Assembly: GCA_010093745.1 (NCBI GenBank)
Contig: MU005967.1
Location: 124,001-188,000, forward strand
Source: Piedraia hortae CBS 480.64
Taxonomy: Eukaryota
DNA length: 64,000 bases
Direction: 5' to 3'
Shown piece by piece: positions 58,101-64,000 of this stretch. The first letter of the stretch is position 1; each line of letters opens with the position of its first letter. A program made the position numbers and the translations under genes. The notes beneath the pieces are model-generated. The model saw nothing but the letters and a program-made list of their open reading frames with translations. It was not told where the DNA came from and searched no databases.

Positions 58101-59715
58101 ATGACCAAACAAAACGATTCTCTCAAAGCATCAGCTCAAGGAGCAACATATCTTGTATTACTAACCATCCTCTCGCGAGGCCTAACATTCTCCCTAAACC
58201 AACTCCTCTTAAGATACCTATCCCCATCCCTCCTAGGCATCGCCGTCCAACTAGAACTATACCTCATCTCAACCCTCTACTTCTCCCGTGAAAGCCTCCG
58301 CATAGCTACCCAGAGAAGATCCGATGGCGGGATCCAAGCAGCCATCAACCTCTCCTACCTGGCCATATTGGCCGGGTTTCCCATCGGAGCTCTTCTGGCC
58401 GAAGGCTACTTAAAATCAGCCCCAACAGAGGTCCCATACCTCCACCTCGCCGTGCGAATCACCCATCTAGCCGCTATAATCGAACTCATATCCGAACCAA
58501 GCTTCGTCGCTGTCCAGCAGAACATGCTCTACAAAACCCGAGCTCGAGCCGAAGCATCAGCCGTAGTCGTCAAAACAGCCGTCACTGCAGGAGCAGTTCT
58601 CTTCGGCGTAAGACGAGGTCTGAACTCGGGCGTATTACCCTTTGCACTCGGTGAACTAGCGTATACTGCCACCTTGGCAATGGTATATCTCACTCACACA
58701 AGCATCCACACCCTCCTCCCCAAAAAACTACCCTCAAGGTGCGTAGCACCCTAATTTCCCAAGGCTCATTAACCCCATCCAGCCCCTCAAACCCCTACAT
58801 CTCCCTGCCCCTCCTTACCCTCTCCGCTTCCCTCTACCTCCAAACCGGGCTCAAATACCTCCTCACCGAAGGCGACAAACTGCTAGTCAGCACACTCACC
58901 ACCCTCCCCGAGCAGGGAAAATACGCGCTAGCATCCAACTACGGCGGTCTAATCGCAAGGATGCTCTTCCGTCCTATCGAAGATACTTCACGCAACCTCT
59001 TCGCCCAACTCTGCTCCTCAACAAAAAACACCCCCGAAATCTCCCGCGCAGCAGCCATCCTCCATGATATGTTAAAACTCTACAGCACGTTTTCGCTCAT
59101 CGCTCTCTCTCTGGGTCCGCACGCTGCTCCGCTACTTCTGCATCTAGCTGCGGGGGCGAAATGGTCGTCGTCCGGTGCAGGAGATGTGCTGGCTACGTAC
59201 TCGTATTGTATTCCCCTCATGGCGCTGAATGGGGTTAGTGAGGCTTTCGTTGCTGCTGCTGCTTCGACAAAGGAGTTGAGGACGCAGAGTTTTGCGATGG
59301 CAGGGTTTTCGGTCGTGTTTGCGGTTAGTGCCGTTGTCTTTTTGAGGGTTGGGGAGCTTGGGGCGAGGGGGCTGGTATACGCGAATTGTGTGAATTTGGC
59401 GTTGAGGGTGTGCTTTAATGTTTGGTTTGCGAGGGTTTTTTTTGGGAGGAATGGGGTTGGGTTTGAGGCGGTGGGGTGTTTGCCCAGTGCGAGTGCGGTA
59501 GCAGGCGCGGTTGTTGCTGCTGGGGTTATGGGTAGGTGGGAGGGTGGACTGGGGTTGTTTGGGGAGTTGGGGAAGGTGGGTGGTGTGGGAGTGGGCTTGG
59601 TTGGGTTCGTGTGAGTATCGAATCTGGGACTTTGATGGGGGCTTGACTGATTGTTTGCAGGTTGTTTACGGAGAGGGACTTTTTGAAGAGATGTGTGCAA
59701 CGATTGAGGGGTTGA
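58101..59715 (+). CDS. RFT1: Rft1 lipid-linked oligosaccharide translocation protein; exons 58101-58738, 58783-59610, 59661-59715
   Basis: SRGLTFSLNQ, LYFSRESLR, KYLLTEGDK, YALASNYGGLIARMLFRPIED, ALNGVSEAF; two GT-AG introns (44 and 50 nt). Confidence 0.92.
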
Positions 59716-59929
59716 TAAAAAAAAAAGTCCCATGCTCAAACAGTATAGGATTCAGTCGGGAAGTGCTAGAGCATATAGTGTGTGACCCAGGCGAAGCTGC
59801 TTTCCGCCACCGAGGGAGCAGAGGAGCTCGAAGGCTTTGGACAGCGGTGGAGAGTCCACATGTAAGCCCACGCAGCCTCGGCACTTATAAATCCATGACC
59901 TACATAGACATGCCATAACTTACACGACG

Positions 59930-60922
59930 ATGCTCGAATTCCGCACAGCGGGCATCAACCCATACAACGTCAAATACTCTCCCTTTTTCGACAACCGACT
60001 GGCAGTAGGCGGAGGGGCAAACTACGGCATCGTTGGCAACGGAAGACTATATATACTCAGTCTCACACCCAAGGGCGTGGTATGCGACCGCATCTTCGAA
60101 ACCCAAGACTGTCTCTTCGACATTGCATGGTCAGAGCAGCATGAAAACCAGGTACTGACGGCAGGAGGCGACGGCAAGATCAAGCTGTTTGACTTTGGAG
60201 TGCCAGACTTTCCAGTTGCAGCATGGCAAGCCCATGGAAGAGAAATCTTTGCAGTCGATTGGAACATGGTCCAAAAGGACTGCTTTCTTTCATGCAGCTG
60301 GGATGGCATGACCAAGGCATGGTCGCCGGAACGGCAGGATCCCATCATCACCCTACCGGTGCACTCTTGCGTTTACTCTGCAGAGTTTAGCCCGCACCAT
60401 GCCAATATCGTGACATGTGTCTCACAGGACTCGCACCTGAGGGTATTTGACCTCAGGACAAAGGATTTGCTGACACTCGCCATACCGATACATGGGAGAC
60501 CGGTTTCGGCAGGAGCTCTATCAGGTGTAGAACCGTCCGAGTGTTTGACCCACGACTGGAACAAGTACAATGACTCGATTATTGGGACGGGCAGCGTAGA
60601 TGGCAAGGTCAGGGTATTTGATCTCCGACAACCGGCTGGCCCGCTCCGTGTCATGGCGGGACACGAATATGCGGTGCGAAGGGTCAGTTGGAGCCCGCAC
60701 CTGAGCGACACGTTGCTGAGCGCAAGCTACGACATGAGCTGTCGGATATGGAACGACGGAAGCAACGGCATGCACCCAGCGAGGGAGGTGGGACGCATGG
60801 ACCGCCACACCGAGTTCGCCATGGGGACGGACTGGTGTCTGTTTGGGGCCGAGGGCTGGTGCGCAACGTGTGCGTGGGACGAACGCGTGCTGATATGGGA
60901 TGTGCGTGAGTTTATGAAATGA
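59930..60922 (+). CDS. PEX7: Peroxisomal targeting signal 2 receptor (WD40)
   Basis: VKYSPFFDNRLAV, NYGIVGNGRL, CLTHDWNKY, GHEYAVRR, SASYDMSCRIW, HTEF. Confidence 0.95.
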   Translation: MLEFRTAGINPYNVKYSPFFDNRLAVGGGANYGIVGNGRLYILSLTPKGVVCDRIFETQDCLFDIAWSEQHENQVLTAGGDGKIKLFDFGVPDFPVAAWQAHGREIFAVDWNMVQKDCFLSCSWDGMTKAWSPERQDPIITLPVHSCVYSAEFSPHHANIVTCVSQDSHLRVFDLRTKDLLTLAIPIHGRPVSAGALSGVEPSECLTHDWNKYNDSIIGTGSVDGKVRVFDLRQPAGPLRVMAGHEYAVRRVSWSPHLSDTLLSASYDMSCRIWNDGSNGMHPAREVGRMDRHTEFAMGTDWCLFGAEGWCATCAWDERVLIWDVREFMK

Positions 60923-60944
60923 AATCAAAACTGTCGTTATAAAA

Positions 60945-61617
60945 CTACACCAGGCCGTCGTAAAGGGACAGGGCCGAGATGATCGTCTCGTCCCGCTTGC
61001 TGCCTTCCTTGAATTCGTCCATGTCGAGCGAATTGTTCCTGTCCTTGTCCATCATGCGGAAGATCTTGCTGACGCGTTTCTCGGGCGTGTCCTCGTCCTC
61101 GGGCAGCTTGACCATGGAGCCGACCATTTTGTAAATTGCTGTAACAATGGCCAGCATTTCGTCGTAGCTGATCTTGCCGTCGTTGTCAATGTCGTACAGC
61201 TTAAAGGCCCAGTCCAACTTGTCCTCCATCTTTCCGCGGCTGGTGACGGAGAGGGCACATATGAACTCTTTGAAGTCGATGGAGCCCGACTTGTCGGCAT
61301 CAAAGACGTTGAAGACGTAGTCGGCAAAGGCGGACGGGTCGCCAAACGGGAAGAACTGGCGGTAAATTCGTTGGAATTCTTCTTTGCTGAGCGTTCCGTT
61401 GGGGCAGTCCTTGAGGAAGCCTTTGATGTAAGCGTCCAGACAAAGCAGCCAGCGGTTAGCGGTCAGCACATACCCTTGTACCAGTGCTGCAGCTCCTTCT
61501 TGTCAAAGTGCGTCGACTTCTGAAGGTCAACGAGCTCCTGCTGCGACAGTTTGCTCTGGCTGCGCCCATCAGCGCCGCCGTCCAACTGCTGCGCGCTTCC
61601 ACTTGCCTTTTGCCCAT
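60945..61617 (-). CDS. NCS1: Neuronal calcium sensor-1/frequenin; exons 61617-61607, 61559-61474, 61420-60945
   Basis: Spliced [13 protein letters not shown]...[18 protein letters not shown] hands [12 protein letters not shown] and [13 protein letters not shown]-terminus LSLYDGLV. The first intron is GC-AG. Confidence 0.93.
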
Positions 61618-61716
61618 GTCAATGGCGGCTGTCACGGCTGTCACGGCTGTCGCGGCGAAGCCAATGTGTGGAAGTCACCCGATGACGCTGTCGGCAACAC
61701 GAGACGCGTCACGCCC

Positions 61717-63579
61717 ATGGCCAGACAGACGGCGCTCCAGAATCGCGTGGCTTCGCTCCTTTCGGCCTCGTTTGCCGACTTGGACATTCGTGATGCGCTG
61801 GGCCTTCTGGATGCGCGCGGCGTGTCCAACTCGGCCGACACCCGCCGCCGACTGCGCCTCGACCTGCATGAGGAGCTGATTCAGTGCAACGGCGCTGTCA
61901 TAACCGACTTTGGCGCCGTCGCTGCGCAGCTACGACGTGTTGGAGCCGCCATCGATGGCCTCGGCCGCACCTGGGCCGCTGTTCGAAAGCACGTTGATGC
62001 AGCCAACCGCGAGACTGGGCCGATGTTAGGTGAGGCCGGCACCATCCTTGCCGAGAGAGACCAGGTCCAGACAAAGCGTCGTCTCCTAGACGCTGCCGCC
62101 GCCCACTTTGTCCTCTCCGACGCCGAGCAAGACACCCTCAGCGCCCATGGCATCGACGATGACTTCTTCCGCGTTGTCACCCGCCTCAAGCAAATACATA
62201 CCGACAGCCAGGTCCTACTGGGCGCTGAGAATCAGCGATTGGGCTTAGAGGTGCTGGAACAATCGTCTCGCCAGCTCAACTCGGCCTACCACAAGCTCTA
62301 CCGCTGGTTGAGCCGCGAATTTAAGAACCAGGTGGACCTAGAGAATGCACAGGTCAACGCTGCCATGCGTCGACCTCTCCGCGTCCTGGCTGAGCGGCCA
62401 GCTCTCTTCAATAGCATGCTCGACTCGATTGCCGAGTCTAGGGAAAGTAGCCTATCAACCAGCTTCTACACAGCCCTCACGGGGCCCAAGGCAATCGAAC
62501 TGACGGCCCACGACCCTCTACGCTACGTAAGCGATATGCTAGCCTGGACTCGCTCGGCCACTGTCTCCGAACGCGAAGCTCTTTATGCACTCTTGATCAC
62601 CGACAGCGACCAGCTCGCGGCGGCTCCTGGGCCCACAGAGCCCTGGGTGGAAGCTGAACATTTCAATCCAGACGAAATCCTCCAGAACGTTCTAACAAGG
62701 TCACTGGAAGGCGTATTCCGCCAAGTGCGAACACGCACAGATCAGGTCATTCAGGCCCATCAAGACGCGGTTCTGGCTTACAGCATAGCCAACCTCGTAC
62801 GCTTCTACATGGGCGTGTTCACGCCTCTCCTTGGCTCATCAGACCTCCTCTCAAAAAGCCTCCGTCCCATCATAGAATCTGCCATGCGCACTTTCAAAAG
62901 CGTCATGCTTGATCGGATCCAAGCATGCAGCAACAGCCTCGAAAGCACATCAGCTGATCTCGCTCCTCCAGAATTTCTCTACAATGCTTTGACGCTACTG
63001 AGACGACTCGTTGCCAGCTATGAAACAACGGTAGCCTTACCTAGTCACGACGAGCCTGTGAGAGGGCACGAAGAAGAAGATGGCCTCGAACCGATCCTCA
63101 CTCACGCACTATACCCATCCCTCGACCTTTGTGAAGACATATCGAAACACCTAACCTCGCCAAAGCGAGAAATCTTCCTCCTAAACTGCCTCCTCGCCAC
63201 GCGGGATGCAATCCCTCCACACCTCCTCTCACTCGAGCCCAAAATCTCATCCCTACAAAACCATCTCATCTCCAGCGTCTACGAATTCATGCTCGCAACT
63301 TCCGGGATCGGCGAACTCGTCGACGAACCTGGCGAATATCACAAACAAACCCTTAAGCGCATCGCAGAGAAACTAGACCTCTTCCTCCCCACCGCCTTCG
63401 AGGACGTCAGACTGCTACTCTCCCCCCTGCGCAGCGGAGGCAGAGAAGGCGACGAAGTCATAAGCAACGCAACCGACAAATTCTGCACGACCTTTGAACA
63501 ACTCGAATCCAAACTAACTGACGAAGAAAAAGAAATCTTTCCCCGAACCGGGGACGAGATTCGCGTATTATTAAGCTAG
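61717..63579 (+). CDS. COG6: Conserved oligomeric Golgi complex subunit 6
   Basis: LSASFADLDIRDAL, QRLGLE, LAERPALF, IELTAHDPLRYVSDMLAW, FPRTGDEIRVLLS. Confidence 0.9.
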   Translation: MARQTALQNRVASLLSASFADLDIRDALGLLDARGVSNSADTRRRLRLDLHEELIQCNGAVITDFGAVAAQLRRVGAAIDGLGRTWAAVRKHVDAANRETGPMLGEAGTILAERDQVQTKRRLLDAAAAHFVLSDAEQDTLSAHGIDDDFFRVVTRLKQIHTDSQVLLGAENQRLGLEVLEQSSRQLNSAYHKLYRWLSREFKNQVDLENAQVNAAMRRPLRVLAERPALFNSMLDSIAESRESSLSTSFYTALTGPKAIELTAHDPLRYVSDMLAWTRSATVSEREALYALLITDSDQLAAAPGPTEPWVEAEHFNPDEILQNVLTRSLEGVFRQVRTRTDQVIQAHQDAVLAYSIANLVRFYMGVFTPLLGSSDLLSKSLRPIIESAMRTFKSVMLDRIQACSNSLESTSADLAPPEFLYNALTLLRRLVASYETTVALPSHDEPVRGHEEEDGLEPILTHALYPSLDLCEDISKHLTSPKREIFLLNCLLATRDAIPPHLLSLEPKISSLQNHLISSVYEFMLATSGIGELVDEPGEYHKQTLKRIAEKLDLFLPTAFEDVRLLLSPLRSGGREGDEVISNATDKFCTTFEQLESKLTDEEKEIFPRTGDEIRVLLS

Positions 63580-63604
63580 ACAGTAGAGCAACCCTCCTAA
63601 GTGT

Positions 63605-63937
63605 CTACGTATCACCCGTCTTCTTCCTCTCCCACTCCTCGGGGGTAAAACACTTCGTCGACCAAGCGTGTATCGCCGCGATTTCGTCTTTGAGTTTCGA
63701 ATTAACGAGTCGATGTCTCTGTAAAGCCGTCTTTTTCTCGAATGCATTAGACACAATCGTTACGTTGTACATTTGTCCGCAGCCACCTTGGCACGATAGT
63801 CAGAATGTTTGGACGGCATTGTGGGTGGGTGGGTGGGAAAATGTACCAGAGAGATCGACGACTTCGAGGTGAGAGGGCTGGAGCTCGGTTTCTATCCGAG
63901 AACGGAGCTGGTCTGGCGTGATCGCCATCGCTGCCAT
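63605..63937 (-). CDS. BolA-family protein (BolA2/Fra2-like); exons 63937-63847, 63786-63605
   Basis: Spliced MAAMAITPDQLRSRIETELQPSHLEVVDLSG-GCGQMYNVTIVSNAFEKKTALQRHRLVNSKLKDEIAAIHAWSTKCFTPEEW; 60-nt GTACAT...CTGAC...AAG intron. Confidence 0.9.
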
Positions 63938-64000
63938 GTCGAGTTGTTGCAAATCTTTTTTATCTGCGATAATCTTATCTGCCGCCGGATCTTCGCGAGC

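Noticed and set aside
61603..61716. Upstream extensions in the ORF track (COG6 from 61603; also 762, 4227, 13312, 39138, 47465)
   Set aside because: They use non-ATG or upstream starts that overlap neighbouring genes or promoters; the downstream ATGs fit family N-termini better.
24419..63579. COG5 and COG6 (plus PDI1, GAA1, RFT1, rhomboid) as a secretory-pathway gene cluster
   Set aside because: They are spread over about 39 kb among unrelated genes, which is compatible with chance in a gene-dense genome.

Overview
Gene-dense eukaryotic nuclear DNA from a filamentous ascomycete. Pezizomycotina is inferred from the gene content, the GT-AG introns with CTRAC branch points and an intron-containing tRNA; the species cannot be determined from the sequence. 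I can support about 36 protein-coding genes, mostly housekeeping (SHMT, iPGM, CCT7, NOP9, RPL29, COG5, COG6, PDI1, NDUFA9, RPN9, GAA1, ThrRS, RFT1, PEX7, NCS1 and others). There is also one tRNA-Tyr(GTA), a BolA gene missing from the ORF track, and two or three pseudogenes (RNase H, zinc-finger paralogue, possible amino-acid permease relic). The genome looks strongly compacted: introns are mostly 44-53 nt, convergent genes lie 22-25 bp apart and divergent promoters are about 80-115 bp. I recognise no transposon, CRISPR array or secondary-metabolite cluster. The most unusual signals are four: (1) about a dozen strand-independent C-rich to G-rich switch points that cut through genes; (2) a HAD plus degenerate 2H-phosphoesterase plus RGG protein resembling an RNA end-healing enzyme; (3) a candidate structured ncRNA between CCT7 and NOP9; (4) a multi-C2H2 zinc-finger gene with a decayed tandem copy. 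All gene models were read by eye and no database searches were run.
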